From positions 394-51,966 of the forward strand of contig PLMQ01000039.1 in the NCBI GenBank assembly GCA_003142535.1: a DNA stretch of 51,573 nt, in the 5' to 3' direction. The notes beneath the pieces were generated by a model. The model was not told the origin of the DNA. It saw nothing but the letters and a program-made list of their open reading frames with translations, and searched no databases. Each line of letters begins with the position of its first letter. The first letter of the stretch is position 1. Both the position numbers and the translations under genes were made by a program. Origin of the DNA: Syntrophaceae bacterium. Its GTDB lineage: Bacteria; Desulfobacterota; Syntrophia; Syntrophales; Smithellaceae. This document shows, in pieces, positions 28,720 through 39,150 of this stretch.

Positions 28720-30351
28720 CTAAATTCTCTTCAGCGCGCGGCCGCCTTTCTTGCCGGTTATTTTCCCCTTTTCCAGACAGACTATGCCATTGACTACAAG
28801 ATACTCCACGCCTTCGGCATATTGTTCCGGCTTCATAAACGTCGCCTTATCTTTGATTTTCATTAAATCAATGACGGCGATATCGGCAAAGTTGCCGACA
28901 GCAATGTGCCCGCGGCCTTTGAGATTAAATTTTTCCGCAGGTAACGATGTCATAGAGCGGATGGCATCATTGAGGTGAACGATTTTATCTTCCAGAGCGT
29001 ATTTGCGCAGTTTGCGCGGAAATGCACCCCAGTAATCGGGATGAGGCCAGACAGTGTCATTTACATAAGCTATTCCTTCGGAAGCGGTGAAGATAAGCTC
29101 GCTGGGCATGATCTTTCTGGCAAAACGATCGCTGGAATCGGTTACGGCGGCCACCGGCGGAGTATTTTTTACAGCCATTTCCCAATAACACTGTGCCGGG
29201 TTTTTCCCTTCAAAGATGGCAATCTGTTGGATTGTCTTGCCTTCATACGCTCTCACGGCCGGATATTGTATAATTAAAAACTTTTCCGGCCCGATGTTTT
29301 GGAACATATTATCAATTGCTTTTATTACTGAAGCGTTGCCGGTCAGGGTTTTGTATTCCTTTTTCATTTCGCCATTGCTGATATATTCGGCAGGCAGAAA
29401 ATCTGTTAAGGAGCCGTAATCGGTATCGTAGGGAGTTTGATCGGCACTAATAGCAATTCCTGCCTCGCGGGCATCACGCATCACTTTGCTGAGCTGGTCA
29501 TAACTTAAATTTTTCCAGGGTGCCTTCAATTCCAAATTGGATATCTCGATAGGTGCACCGGAGAGCCTGCCCACTTCAATTGCTTCTTGCAGGGAACGGA
29601 TAATCTCGGGATTTCCTTCTTTGTCGAGCTCGCCGGAATTGCCGCGCAGATTGAGAGCGATGATGCCGCCGTAGGGCATTACGCTACGGGCGATATCCGC
29701 CAGTTCTTCTTTGCTGAATAATGAATCGGGCTTCCGGGAAAGATCAAAAGATAATCCCAGCGCGCCGTTTTCCACTTCCTTCACCAGTCTCTTTTTCAAT
29801 TTTTCTTTTTGCTTTTCATCTATGGCCGCAAACTGCCGGCCAAACAGTTCTTCGCGGACAGCGCCGACAGGGACAAGGTGGTAAACATTAGTGCCGAATT
29901 TGAGAGAATCCACCCAGCCCAGCCATTTCGCGGTATTGGTATAGCCTCTGCCGCAATTGCCGGTGATAATAGTTGTTACGCCCTGATAGAGATAATTATG
30001 ATTTCCATTAATACTGGGTTTGATATAAGCAACAACACGCCAAATGCCTTTTTCCTGAAGAATAAGATCGGTATGCGAATGAACATCAATAAAACCGGGA
30101 GTTACAATTAATCCCCCGGCGTCAATTATTTTTGTGGACTGACCTCCGAATGTGCCGATGGCGGCGATTTTATCGCCTTTGATACCAATATCGGCTATAC
30201 GCGGTTTGGCGGAGGTTCCATCATAAATCCGGCCGCCTTTGATTATTAAATCAAAAGTAGGTTCCTGCGATGCCTGATAACAACAACAGAGTGAAATAAT
30301 TGCCAAAAAAATAAAAGGATAAACAAAATATGTAGAGGTTCTTTTTCTCAT
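28720..30351 (-). CDS. D-aminoacylase-like amidohydrolase, exported, with altered metal ligands
   Basis: PGFIDVHSHTD, GVTTIITGNCG, MTSLPA and ADI motifs; N-terminal hydrophobic/Cys signal; AGGAGG RBS. Confidence 0.8.
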   Translation of the reverse strand: MRKRTSTYFVYPFIFLAIISLCCCYQASQEPTFDLIIKGGRIYDGTSAKPRIADIGIKGDKIAAIGTFGGQSTKIIDAGGLIVTPGFIDVHSHTDLILQEKGIWRVVAYIKPSINGNHNYLYQGVTTIITGNCGRGYTNTAKWLGWVDSLKFGTNVYHLVPVGAVREELFGRQFAAIDEKQKEKLKKRLVKEVENGALGLSFDLSRKPDSLFSKEELADIARSVMPYGGIIALNLRGNSGELDKEGNPEIIRSLQEAIEVGRLSGAPIEISNLELKAPWKNLSYDQLSKVMRDAREAGIAISADQTPYDTDYGSLTDFLPAEYISNGEMKKEYKTLTGNASVIKAIDNMFQNIGPEKFLIIQYPAVRAYEGKTIQQIAIFEGKNPAQCYWEMAVKNTPPVAAVTDSSDRFARKIMPSELIFTASEGIAYVNDTVWPHPDYWGAFPRKLRKYALEDKIVHLNDAIRSMTSLPAEKFNLKGRGHIAVGNFADIAVIDLMKIKDKATFMKPEQYAEGVEYLVVNGIVCLEKGKITGKKGGRALKRI

Positions 30352-30439
30352 AGTTACCTCCTTAAAATATGAATGTAAGTCCGAAACAATTTGCATAGCT
30401 TACGGCGCGTGGACATCTTTGTCAAATATTGTTTCTTGT

Positions 30440-30680
30440 TGAAACTCCTATTCCGAAAGCAAAGCGTATAACCTAAAGGTCACAAGCTGAAGCTTGCTGG
30501 TCGAATTATCCCGCACAGCGGAGGGTAATGAGACCCAAACTTCAGAAACAAAGTGCGTAACCTAAAGGTCACAAGCTGAAGTTAGCTGGTCGAATTACCC
30601 CGTGTTAGCAGGGGTATAATACCCCAAAGCGAGTTTAGGAATATGTTTCCAAAGCTTGCTTTGGGGTTCATACCCTTGAT
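30440..30680 (+). repeat. repeat family B, tandem copies each carrying the 18-nt micro-element
   Basis: Copies begin about 30440 and 30528; TAACCTAAAGGTCACAAG at 30469-30486 and 30558-30575; terminal gggtataatacccc...ggggttcataccc hairpin. Confidence 0.85.
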
Positions 30681-30766
30681 TCTGCTTTACAATAATGATG
30701 GATCCGGAAAAAGCCGGATAATTTTGGTGAAAGCACCCGTGCTTTACAGGCTTCAATGACGTGCAT

Positions 30767-32452
30767 CTATATTCGCGTTAACTGGCGGTATTTGATGCGA
30801 TGCGGCTGGCTGGCTGCGGCCCCCAGACGATTTTTCCGGTCTGTCTCGTATTCCGAATAGTTGCCGTCAAACCAGACGGTCTTGCTTTCTCCTTCAAAAG
30901 CCAGAATGTGCGTACAGATTCTATCTAAAAACCAGCGATCATGACTGATGACGACAGCGCAGCCGGCAAAGTTCTCCAGCGCATCTTCCAGCGCGCGCAG
31001 TGTTTTGATATCCAGATCATTTGTCGGCTCATCCAGCAGAATAACGTTGGCTCCTTCCTTGAGCGTTCTGGCCAGGTGCACGCGATTGCGCTCGCCTCCG
31101 GAAAGATTTCCCACTTTCTTTTGCTGGTCGGTTCCCGAAAAATTAAAGCGTGAAACATAGGCACGCGAATTTACCTGTCTGGAGCCAATTGCGATGATAT
31201 CCTGTCCATCGGAAATTATTTCCCAGATGGATTTATTCGGATCAAGTGTATCGCGGCTCTGGTCAACGTAGGCCAACTTTACCGTATCGCCGATGCGGAA
31301 TGTTCCGGAATCAGGTTTTTCCTGTCCGGTAATCATTTTAAAAAGGGTGCTTTTGCCGGCGCCGTTGGGGCCGATAACACCGACAATACCGCCCGGCGGC
31401 AACGCGAAAGACATGCCGTCCATGAGTAATTTATCGCCGAAGGCTTTGCTGACATTTTGCGCTTCAATAACCAGATCTCCCAGACGCGGGCCGGGGGCGA
31501 TAAAGATTTCGTGAGTTTTGGATTCTTTTTCCTGATTCTGTCCCAGCATCTCCTCGTATGCTTTAATACGCGCTTTGGATTTGGCATGGCGGCCTTTAGG
31601 CGACATTCTGATCCATTCCAATTCGCGCTCGAGCGTTTTAATTCTTTCCCCTTCGACTTTTTCTTCAGTCTTCAGCCGGTTTTGTTTTTGCTCCAGCCAG
31701 GAAGAATAATTGCCCTGCCACGGTATGCCTGCGCCGCGATCGAGTTCCAGAATCCAGCCGGCCACATTATCCAGAAAATAGCGGTCATGAGTGATGGCAA
31801 TGACTGTCCCCGCATATTGTTGTAAGTGATGCTCCAGCCAGGCTACGGATTCGGCATCCAGGTGATTGGTCGGTTCATCCAGAAGTAAAATATCCGGATT
31901 TTGTAATAACAGCCGGCAGAGAGCGACGCGGCGTTTTTCTCCGCCGGAAAGGACTTTAACTTGCGTATCGCCCGGCGGACAGCGCAGGGCTTCCATCGCC
32001 ATTTCCAGGCGGGAATCAATATCCCACGCATTGAGGACATCAAGCTTTTCCTGAACGGCGGCCTGCTTGTCGCACAATTTGGCCATATCGTCGTCGGACA
32101 TGGGCTCGGCAAACTTCTCGTTGATTTTATTGTATTCGTTGATGAGGTCTATCGTGCTTTGCACGCCTTCCTCGACTATTGATTTTACGGTTCTTGTTTC
32201 ATCGAGACGCGGTTCCTGTTCCAGATAGCCTACGGTGTATCCCGTAGAAAGAATTGTCTTGCCGAGAAAATCGGTGTCCACACCCGCTAATATTTTTAAA
32301 AGGGAACTCTTACCGGAGCCGTTGAGTCCCAGAACGCCGATTTTGGCTCCATAAAAATAAGACAGATAAATGTCTTTGAGCACCGGCTTTTTATCATAGA
32401 TTTTACTTACTCCGATCATGGAGTAAATAACTTTATTTACTTCATTGGCCAT
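30767..32452 (-). CDS. ettA: energy-dependent translational throttle protein (ABC-F)
   Basis: [18 protein letters not shown], two ABC cassettes, [28 protein letters not shown]. Confidence 0.96.
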   Translation of the reverse strand: MANEVNKVIYSMIGVSKIYDKKPVLKDIYLSYFYGAKIGVLGLNGSGKSSLLKILAGVDTDFLGKTILSTGYTVGYLEQEPRLDETRTVKSIVEEGVQSTIDLINEYNKINEKFAEPMSDDDMAKLCDKQAAVQEKLDVLNAWDIDSRLEMAMEALRCPPGDTQVKVLSGGEKRRVALCRLLLQNPDILLLDEPTNHLDAESVAWLEHHLQQYAGTVIAITHDRYFLDNVAGWILELDRGAGIPWQGNYSSWLEQKQNRLKTEEKVEGERIKTLERELEWIRMSPKGRHAKSKARIKAYEEMLGQNQEKESKTHEIFIAPGPRLGDLVIEAQNVSKAFGDKLLMDGMSFALPPGGIVGVIGPNGAGKSTLFKMITGQEKPDSGTFRIGDTVKLAYVDQSRDTLDPNKSIWEIISDGQDIIAIGSRQVNSRAYVSRFNFSGTDQQKKVGNLSGGERNRVHLARTLKEGANVILLDEPTNDLDIKTLRALEDALENFAGCAVVISHDRWFLDRICTHILAFEGESKTVWFDGNYSEYETDRKNRLGAAASQPHRIKYRQLTRI

Positions 32453-32483
32453 GGTGATTAATCCTCTCCAAAAAGATTACTGC

Positions 32484-33149
32484 CTAAATATAGGGGAAGA
32501 TGTTTTGGATAATTATATTAAAATTATCCTGAATTTTTTCTCGCCCTTCCACAATACCCATGTGTCCCGGAAAAAGCAACTCCAGATCAAGTTGGGAAAG
32601 TGTGATGATGCTCTTTTTTAACAAAGCGCCGTTGCCGCCGGGGAAATCCGTGCGGCCGACGTTTTGGTCAAAAATTACATCGCCGCTAAACAGGGCTTTT
32701 TTCTCAGGCCAGTAAAGGGCAATGGAACCGGGGGAATGGCCGGGTGTGAGAATGACTTTAAACTTCTGGTCACCTAAGGTAATGCCGCCTTCCTCGAGCG
32801 GAAAATTAATTTGCATTTGCGGAACGGTGATTCCGAAGAGCCCGTAAAGTTCACCGCCGACTCCTTTGAGAAAGTCCAATTCCTTATTATGCAGAGCAAT
32901 TTTTACTTTCTCCGTATCGAATAGCTCGGAACCCTGAAGATGGTCGGGATGTGAGTGAGTATTGATTATGTAACGGATATTTTCTTTCTTAATGCTGTCG
33001 GCGGACATTTGGTTGAGCAGATCGGGCAAATAGCGGGTAAGTCCCGGATCAATAAGCGCCTGGACTGAGCCGCCAATATAGTAGCTGTTACAGTTATTAT
33101 CGAAATAGTTCTTCCATTCATAAATATAAATATCATCTTGCAGCTTCAT
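32484..33149 (-). CDS. metallo-beta-lactamase fold hydrolase (glyoxalase II-like)
   Basis: THSHPDH, TPGHSPGS, FSGD, GRTDFPGG, PGH. Confidence 0.9.
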   Translation of the reverse strand: MKLQDDIYIYEWKNYFDNNCNSYYIGGSVQALIDPGLTRYLPDLLNQMSADSIKKENIRYIINTHSHPDHLQGSELFDTEKVKIALHNKELDFLKGVGGELYGLFGITVPQMQINFPLEEGGITLGDQKFKVILTPGHSPGSIALYWPEKKALFSGDVIFDQNVGRTDFPGGNGALLKKSIITLSQLDLELLFPGHMGIVEGREKIQDNFNIIIQNIFPYI

Positions 33150-33165
33150 AAAAAATCCTTTCCAG

Positions 33166-33975
33166 CTATTCCGGTATGTTAGTTTTCAGCCATTTAGCTA
33201 TATCGTTGGCCGATTTCTCCCAGCCTTTTTCCAGCATCGGCAGATGGGCGAATTGTTTATAAGAGATGAAGTCGGCGTGCAAAAATTCAGCTAATTTTTC
33301 CTGCATGGAAATAAGCGCCATAGCATCTTTCTGACAGCCGATAACCAGTTTGGGGCATTGAATTTTATCCGGATCAACGAACACTCCCTGTGCAACCTGA
33401 TAACCGACAACTAATGATTCGGCAACAAACATGGAAAAAATATTCTTTCTTTCTTTTTCTTCGATATTGTTGAGTAATGTTTTTTCCGCCATGAAATAAG
33501 TCGCTTTAACTGGCTTCATATTCAGCATACCCCACATGGATTTTAACAGTGTTCCCGAATAGGGCAGATCGTTTTTTATTTCTAGAGCAACGCCTTGTGG
33601 CGGAGCGCTGGCGATAGTAATTAGCGCCTTTACGGAATGGACATGCATAGCTGTTTTCTGGGCGATAAGTCCGCCCATGCTATGCCCGATCAGAGCACAA
33701 TCTTCGATGCCCAGAACTCTTATTACCCGTTCCACATCCTCAACGTAATTTTCAATGGTGACCTGTGCCAGGGTAGATTCGCGATCAGAAGGATGATGAC
33801 CGCGCAGGTTAATGGCATAGCTTTTCCATCCGGCATGGGCAAAGAACAGAAGATAATTTCGCAGATATTCGCTTGTGCCGCCTGCGCCGTGAATAAATAG
33901 CAGGGGGTATTGATACTTTATGATCTCCGGCCGGAGTTTATCTATTGCCAGATTTCCTACTTTAATTCGTAACAA
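33166..33975 (-). CDS. alpha/beta-hydrolase
   Basis: FIHGAG, LRGH, GHSMGG, D and AH triad positions; TTG start. Confidence 0.85.
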   Translation of the reverse strand: MLRIKVGNLAIDKLRPEIIKYQYPLLFIHGAGGTSEYLRNYLLFFAHAGWKSYAINLRGHHPSDRESTLAQVTIENYVEDVERVIRVLGIEDCALIGHSMGGLIAQKTAMHVHSVKALITIASAPPQGVALEIKNDLPYSGTLLKSMWGMLNMKPVKATYFMAEKTLLNNIEEKERKNIFSMFVAESLVVGYQVAQGVFVDPDKIQCPKLVIGCQKDAMALISMQEKLAEFLHADFISYKQFAHLPMLEKGWEKSANDIAKWLKTNIPE

Positions 33976-34056
33976 AAAAAGCCTCTTCTTAAGTTGTATA
34001 AAAAACTAACTTTCATCATTTCCGTTTTGTGAGCTTTTTATGCAGCCATTTTAATT

Positions 34057-34272
34057 TTATACGCCTGTCGTCTTTGGCTGATCCGGAACAAAAATCCAGA
34101 GGAGAATGTAAAAGATTAAACCTGTGCCCCAAATAAAGAAAAATAATATAAACAGCAGGCGCCAGGTCCAAGCGGGCACGGGTGTATGTTTACCCAGGCC
34201 GCCGCAGACACCGCCTATCCAGCGATCTTTTTTCGATTTAGTTAAATTTTGCAGCCAATTTTGTTGTGTCAT
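34057..34272 (-). CDS. PspC domain protein
   Basis: KSKKDRWIGGVCGGL...RL...YILLWIFVP signature. Confidence 0.88.
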   Translation of the reverse strand: MTQQNWLQNLTKSKKDRWIGGVCGGLGKHTPVPAWTWRLLFILFFFIWGTGLIFYILLWIFVPDQPKTTGV

Positions 34273-34526
34273 AAGTTTCACTATCCCGCACCGCGGGATT
34301 CAAGTTTTACCTCTATCACAGATTGACTTTTTAGTCTTTCAATTTTTCTGCTCAAGATGCGGTTAATCATCAACAGGTTACGCAAGAAACAATATTTTCA
34401 CGGATATAAGCCAGTATATGCCTTGAAGTCGAGCGCCTTGGTTCATGCGAGATATTTATGGAATGCTTTGTATAGTATATCGGCAAGACAGATCAATTTA
34501 AGAAATCATAACTGACTAATTATGCT

Positions 34527-35033
34527 CTATTTTGCTGCAGGAAAAAGTTTATTCAGCGGCAAGTCCGCTGTGCTATGGCTTGCCTTGATCAATCTCCCTT
34601 CCTTATCCAGTAGAATTAATGTGGGTACGCCGACAATGCCGAAACTTTCGGCGACGCTGCCATCTTCATCGAGAAGAATCCTGTAAGGCAACGCGTTAGC
34701 TTTTACAAACCTCGTAACTTTTGCCACCGGTTCCATAATATTGATATAAACGACCGTTAATCCTCGCGGGGAATAGTTTTTATAGATTTCCTTGTAGGCC
34801 GGTATTTCACTGCGGCAAGTGGGGCACCAGGTTGTGCCGAAAAAAAGCAACACCGGTTTTCCTATCTGCTTATGCAATCCGAATTTATTTCCCTGCAGGT
34901 CTTTCAGCGTGAAGTCCGGTGCAATTTCGGGCTTAAAAGGCGCGTTGGTTATAAATTGTCCGAAAGACATACCCGACAGGGAACAGATAAACACGCTCAA
35001 CAATATAACTAATATCTTTATTTTTTTATTCAT
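34527..35033 (-). CDS. TlpA/ResA family thiol-disulfide oxidoreductase
   Basis: N-terminal anchor, APDFTL, TWCPTC, GVPT. Confidence 0.88.
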   Translation of the reverse strand: MNKKIKILVILLSVFICSLSGMSFGQFITNAPFKPEIAPDFTLKDLQGNKFGLHKQIGKPVLLFFGTTWCPTCRSEIPAYKEIYKNYSPRGLTVVYINIMEPVAKVTRFVKANALPYRILLDEDGSVAESFGIVGVPTLILLDKEGRLIKASHSTADLPLNKLFPAAK

Positions 35034-35047
35034 TAAACCCTCAACGG

Positions 35048-35764
35048 TTAGTTTGTCAGTGTTCCGGCAGTATACAGGAAATATTCGCCCGCGCCAATCA
35101 ATATCACGCCAAAAACATGGGTCAGATGAGCCATCCATTTGCCGGAACGGGGCAGGGCGGCAATCAATCCGGCAAAGGTTCCGGCAATAATCAGTAAAGT
35201 TCCCATGCCGAAGGCGAAAACAAAAAGCAGGCCCATGCCCATAATTAAATTCGTACGCAAGGCGACATAGCCCAATAAAACACCGAGTACCGGCGCTGTG
35301 CAGGGGCCGATAATAATGCCCGAGGTAGCGCCGATTAAAAAGCTGCTGAAAAATCCTTTTTTGTTTGTGTTACCCTGATATTGCAACAGCTTTTGCGGGA
35401 TGGGAAGAGAAATTGTAAATACGTCCAGCAGGGATAATCCCATAAATATGCATAAGTTGGCCATGATGAAATATGTCCAGGGAGTGGTCTGCAATTGCCC
35501 GAAAAGTTTGCCGGATAAAACAGCTATGGCTCCCATAAGCGCGTAGGTCAGCGCCATACCTGATACAAAAAAAAGCGCCAGTAAAAATCCGCGGAGTTTG
35601 GATGTTGAACCCTGGGCGCCGATAAATCCCACTGTTATAGGAATAAGCGGATAGGTGCAGGGAGTAAATCCCACCGCAATCCCGCCGATATAGGCGGCCA
35701 GAAATGCCAGGACAATTGATTCCTGCAAGTATAAATGTAAATTGTTAATCAGGGTTTCAATCAT
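35048..35764 (-). CDS. ccdA: cytochrome c biogenesis protein CcdA (DsbD transmembrane domain)
   Basis: FTPCTYPLIP and GPCTAP redox Cys pair; about six TM helices. Confidence 0.85.
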   Translation of the reverse strand: MIETLINNLHLYLQESIVLAFLAAYIGGIAVGFTPCTYPLIPITVGFIGAQGSTSKLRGFLLALFFVSGMALTYALMGAIAVLSGKLFGQLQTTPWTYFIMANLCIFMGLSLLDVFTISLPIPQKLLQYQGNTNKKGFFSSFLIGATSGIIIGPCTAPVLGVLLGYVALRTNLIMGMGLLFVFAFGMGTLLIIAGTFAGLIAALPRSGKWMAHLTHVFGVILIGAGEYFLYTAGTLTN

Positions 35765-35884
35765 AACTACACCAAGAACCTCACAGCAGGACAATAGGAA
35801 AAATGCCGGGAAGCGTCAAGCAATATTGTCAAATATGTTTAAGAAATGCCGGAGTCCTGTTCTCAACCGGAAAATTAATCGGCA

Positions 35885-36532
35885 TTATACTTTAGTTGAC
35901 TTGCGCTTCTGACGCCAGTATTCAATAAATCCCGGCGTTACAGATAAGATAACAATGGCAATAATTACCAGTGTAAAATTATTTTTTACTACAGGAATGT
36001 TTCCGAAAAAATAGCCGCCGAGGAGAAATAGGCACACCCAGGCAATCCCGCCTACGATATTATATAAGATAAAGTGGGAATAGCTCATCGCGCCGATGCC
36101 GGCCACAAAGGGGGCAAAGGTGCGGATGATGGGCATGAAACGCGCGATGATAATTGTTTTGCCGCCGTGCTTTTCATAAAACTGATGGGTTCGTTCAAGA
36201 TACTTTTTTTTGAAAAAACGTGAATCTTCAAAGTGAAAAACTTTTGGGCCGATAAAATGGCCGATAGCGTAATTTACCGTATCTCCAGCAATTGCGGCTA
36301 TGCAAAGTAAAATCAGTAAGACTTCGATATTCAATGCTCCAATAGCAGCAAAACTGCCTAAGGCAAAAAGAAGTGAATCGCCAGGCAGGATCGGCGTTAC
36401 CACCAGGCCAGTCTCGCAAAAAATTGCCAAAAACACCAGTACATAAGCCCATATACCGAAGCTCTGGATAATTACCGGTACGTATTTATCCAGATGAATA
36501 AAAAAATCAACAAAGTAGATGATAATGTCCAT
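35885..36532 (-). CDS. dedA: DedA family membrane protein
   Basis: FCETGLVVTPILPGDSLLF, GDTVNY, ARFMPIIRTFAPFVAG. Confidence 0.93.
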   Translation of the reverse strand: MDIIIYFVDFFIHLDKYVPVIIQSFGIWAYVLVFLAIFCETGLVVTPILPGDSLLFALGSFAAIGALNIEVLLILLCIAAIAGDTVNYAIGHFIGPKVFHFEDSRFFKKKYLERTHQFYEKHGGKTIIIARFMPIIRTFAPFVAGIGAMSYSHFILYNIVGGIAWVCLFLLGGYFFGNIPVVKNNFTLVIIAIVILSVTPGFIEYWRQKRKSTKV

Positions 36533-36551
36533 AATTTAATGTTATAAATAC

Positions 36552-36629
36552 AAAGGTCATTTAGGCTGAAGGCGTTTAGACTTAAGGAATCAGGAATCCC
36601 ATGCTTCAGCTTTTAGTCTAATTACCTTT
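36552..36629. repeat. imperfect inverted repeat (ttaggctgaagg type)
   Basis: aaaggtcatttaggctgaagg ... cttttagtctaattaccttt between divergent genes. Confidence 0.5.
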
Positions 36630-36648
36630 ATGTAAGGAGGGTGTCAAT

Positions 36649-37572
36649 ATGAAAAAGATTTTAATTGCAATATTGGTGGTTATTGTTGCTGCCGTCGGTG
36701 CTTATTATGCTTTTCCCGAAAAGATGGCAAAATATATTGTTGATTACGGAAGAAGCAAAGCCGGCTTAACGAAAAAGGAAATAAAAATTGATGACCATAA
36801 CATCGTTTATCTGGAGGGTGGCAAAGGTGTCACAATCCTGCTCTTGCATGGTTATGCAGCAAATAAGGACAACTGGACGCGATTTGCAGCTAAGCTGACA
36901 AAAGACTATCATGTTGTAATTCCTGATATTCCGGGCTTCGGGGAAAGCACAAGGCTGCTGAGTGCAAAATATGATGAAACAAGTCAAGTAGAGAGACTCC
37001 ATAAATTTGCCGCTGCCATTAAAATAAACAGATTTCACATTGCCGGCAATTCCATGGGTGGCTTGTTTTCCGGTGCTTATGCTGTAAGTTATCCCGCGGA
37101 AGTTATAAGCCTAGGTTTATTTGATGCTGCCGGAGTTAAACCCTTGCAGCTAAGCGAATTCTCGAAACTTCGGTCGAAGGGCGAAAACCCTCTTGTGTTA
37201 AAAGATGAAAAAGATTTGCCGCGGTTGATGGGATGGGCATTTGCTAAACCTCCCTTTTTGCCATACCCTTTTAAAAAAATGTTTATTAAGGAAGGTCTGG
37301 CCAATAAGAGCTTCAATGAAAAAGTAGCCAATGATTTTAAGGACGATCTTCATTCGCTGGAAAAAGATTTACCGAAAATCAAGGCTCCTGCTTTAATCCT
37401 CTGGGGTGATCAAGATAAAATCATCGATATTTCCAGCGTGCCTGTTTTTGAAAAAGGTTTGAGAAATCATCAGACCGTTATTATCAAAGATTGTGGACAT
37501 ATTCCGATGATTGAAAAAATACAGGAAACCGCTGATGCCTACCTGTCCTTTATCCGGAGCATAAAAAATTAA
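36649..37572 (+). CDS. membrane-anchored lipase/esterase (alpha/beta-hydrolase)
   Basis: N-terminal TM, LLHGY, PGFG, GNSMGG, WGDQD, CGH. Confidence 0.88.
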   Translation: MKKILIAILVVIVAAVGAYYAFPEKMAKYIVDYGRSKAGLTKKEIKIDDHNIVYLEGGKGVTILLLHGYAANKDNWTRFAAKLTKDYHVVIPDIPGFGESTRLLSAKYDETSQVERLHKFAAAIKINRFHIAGNSMGGLFSGAYAVSYPAEVISLGLFDAAGVKPLQLSEFSKLRSKGENPLVLKDEKDLPRLMGWAFAKPPFLPYPFKKMFIKEGLANKSFNEKVANDFKDDLHSLEKDLPKIKAPALILWGDQDKIIDISSVPVFEKGLRNHQTVIIKDCGHIPMIEKIQETADAYLSFIRSIKN

Positions 37573-37599
37573 GCGAAACGATATAACCTGAAACAATTA

Positions 37600-39150
37600 T
37601 TAGAAGGGGAAGCTTTTGTCTTCCCCTTTTTTTTGCGAAGCTGTTTCTGGGCGATCAATATATTTTGCTGCTTTTTTATGAATCGGGTTGGCATGAACGA
37701 CGATGGATTTGGGATCGGTAGGACAGGCCTTTTCACAGGCGCCGCAGCCGATACAGTATTGCGTATCTGTTTCCGGATAGAGGATGTTGTTTTTATTGAT
37801 CGAATAAAGAGTATGAGTCGGGCAGACCTCGAGACACGCCCCGCAATTTTCGTTTTTCGTATAGACAATGCATTTATCCTTCTGCAGATCGGCCAGTCCG
37901 AGTTGGGTCAGTTTTTTCTCGGCAAGAGCAATAGGCATGATAGCTCCTGTCGGGCATACTTTGCCGCAGACATTGCATTCGTAATCGCAAAAGCCTTTTT
38001 CGTAATCCATTTTCGGCTGCATAAAACCGGAGATTCCATAGGCAGCAAAAGCCGGAGTAATAACTTTAGTCGGACAGATGCTTACGCACAAATGACAGGC
38101 GCTGCATGTGTTGGTAAAACGAGAAACGCTCAGCGAACCCGGAGGGGTGATGGGCAGGCCGCCTTTGGCTGAATAATTACTGAAAAAGTTGCGAACATTG
38201 GAATTCAGGGCTAATAATACCGAGCCGACAGCAGCAACAGAACCAAAAATAAATGTTCTGCGCGCGGGCAGCCAATCTTTGTCATCTGCCGCTACAAAAG
38301 AAGGACGATAGCTTATTGTTTTTTGCGGACAAGCATGAAGACAGTTAAAACAGCTAATACATCTGCTTTGATCAATAGTTGCATTTTGGGAATAAATACA
38401 CCCGGCCTTGCATACCCTTTCACATTGGCGACACTCATTGCAATTGGTGGAATCAATGGCAAATTTGAAAACAGATACCCGTGAAAGAAGCCCCAGCAAT
38501 GTTCCCACGGGACATATTGTGTTGCAGTAAAGGCGGCCGTATCTCATGGACATAAATAAAATCAGGATAAAAAAACCTGCAGTTATTCCGAGGACGGAAA
38601 ATGGTAAAAAGAACATGTTTTTATTAAACAGATAAATATTAAAATATTTTAATATGCCGGCAACAGCTTTATTTATTCCTACCGTCAATGGTTCGCCAAG
38701 ATGGGAGATTATTCGGCCAAAAAGGCTAAAAGGATCAAGAAGATTAAGTAAGGCGAGCGATCCCAGCAGGACGGTTATAAATGTCAATCCGAGGATGGAA
38801 TATCTAATCACGTTATGAGATTTCTGAAAATTATATTTGTGCTGCCATCCGATCCTGCGCGATAAGGCGATAAAGAAATCCTGCAGCGCTCCCAGCGGGC
38901 AAAGAAACGAGCAATAAACTCGGCCCAGGACGATGCTGACAATTATTATGAAAACAAAACCGGATACAATCAGGACTTCCGGTTTTGTTATAACGCTGAT
39001 CAAAGCAGGCACGAATTGTAAAGGCAATAATATCTTGGCCAGAAACACGGATACCTTTTCTGTCCCCAGAAAAAGCAATACAAACAAGATGAATACGAAT
39101 GAAGAAACGATGATGCGGATTTTAACCTGATTCAATAGAGCTCGCCTCAC
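37600..39150 (-). CDS. membrane-bound polyferredoxin (NapH/MauN-like 4Fe-4S protein)
   Basis: GRVYCSFLCPLG, GRLYCNTICPVG, multiple CxxCxxCxxxC clusters. Confidence 0.88.
   Translation of the reverse strand: MRRALLNQVKIRIIVSSFVFILFVLLFLGTEKVSVFLAKILLPLQFVPALISVITKPEVLIVSGFVFIIIVSIVLGRVYCSFLCPLGALQDFFIALSRRIGWQHKYNFQKSHNVIRYSILGLTFITVLLGSLALLNLLDPFSLFGRIISHLGEPLTVGINKAVAGILKYFNIYLFNKNMFFLPFSVLGITAGFFILILFMSMRYGRLYCNTICPVGTLLGLLSRVSVFKFAIDSTNCNECRQCERVCKAGCIYSQNATIDQSRCISCFNCLHACPQKTISYRPSFVAADDKDWLPARRTFIFGSVAAVGSVLLALNSNVRNFFSNYSAKGGLPITPPGSLSVSRFTNTCSACHLCVSICPTKVITPAFAAYGISGFMQPKMDYEKGFCDYECNVCGKVCPTGAIMPIALAEKKLTQLGLADLQKDKCIVYTKNENCGACLEVCPTHTLYSINKNNILYPETDTQYCIGCGACEKACPTDPKSIVVHANPIHKKAAKYIDRPETASQKKGEDKSFPF

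Noticed and set aside
30469-30600. Two near-identical ~40-bp direct repeats 89 bp apart as a mini-CRISPR
   Set aside because: Only two units, both part of tandem family B repeats; no cas genes in the window
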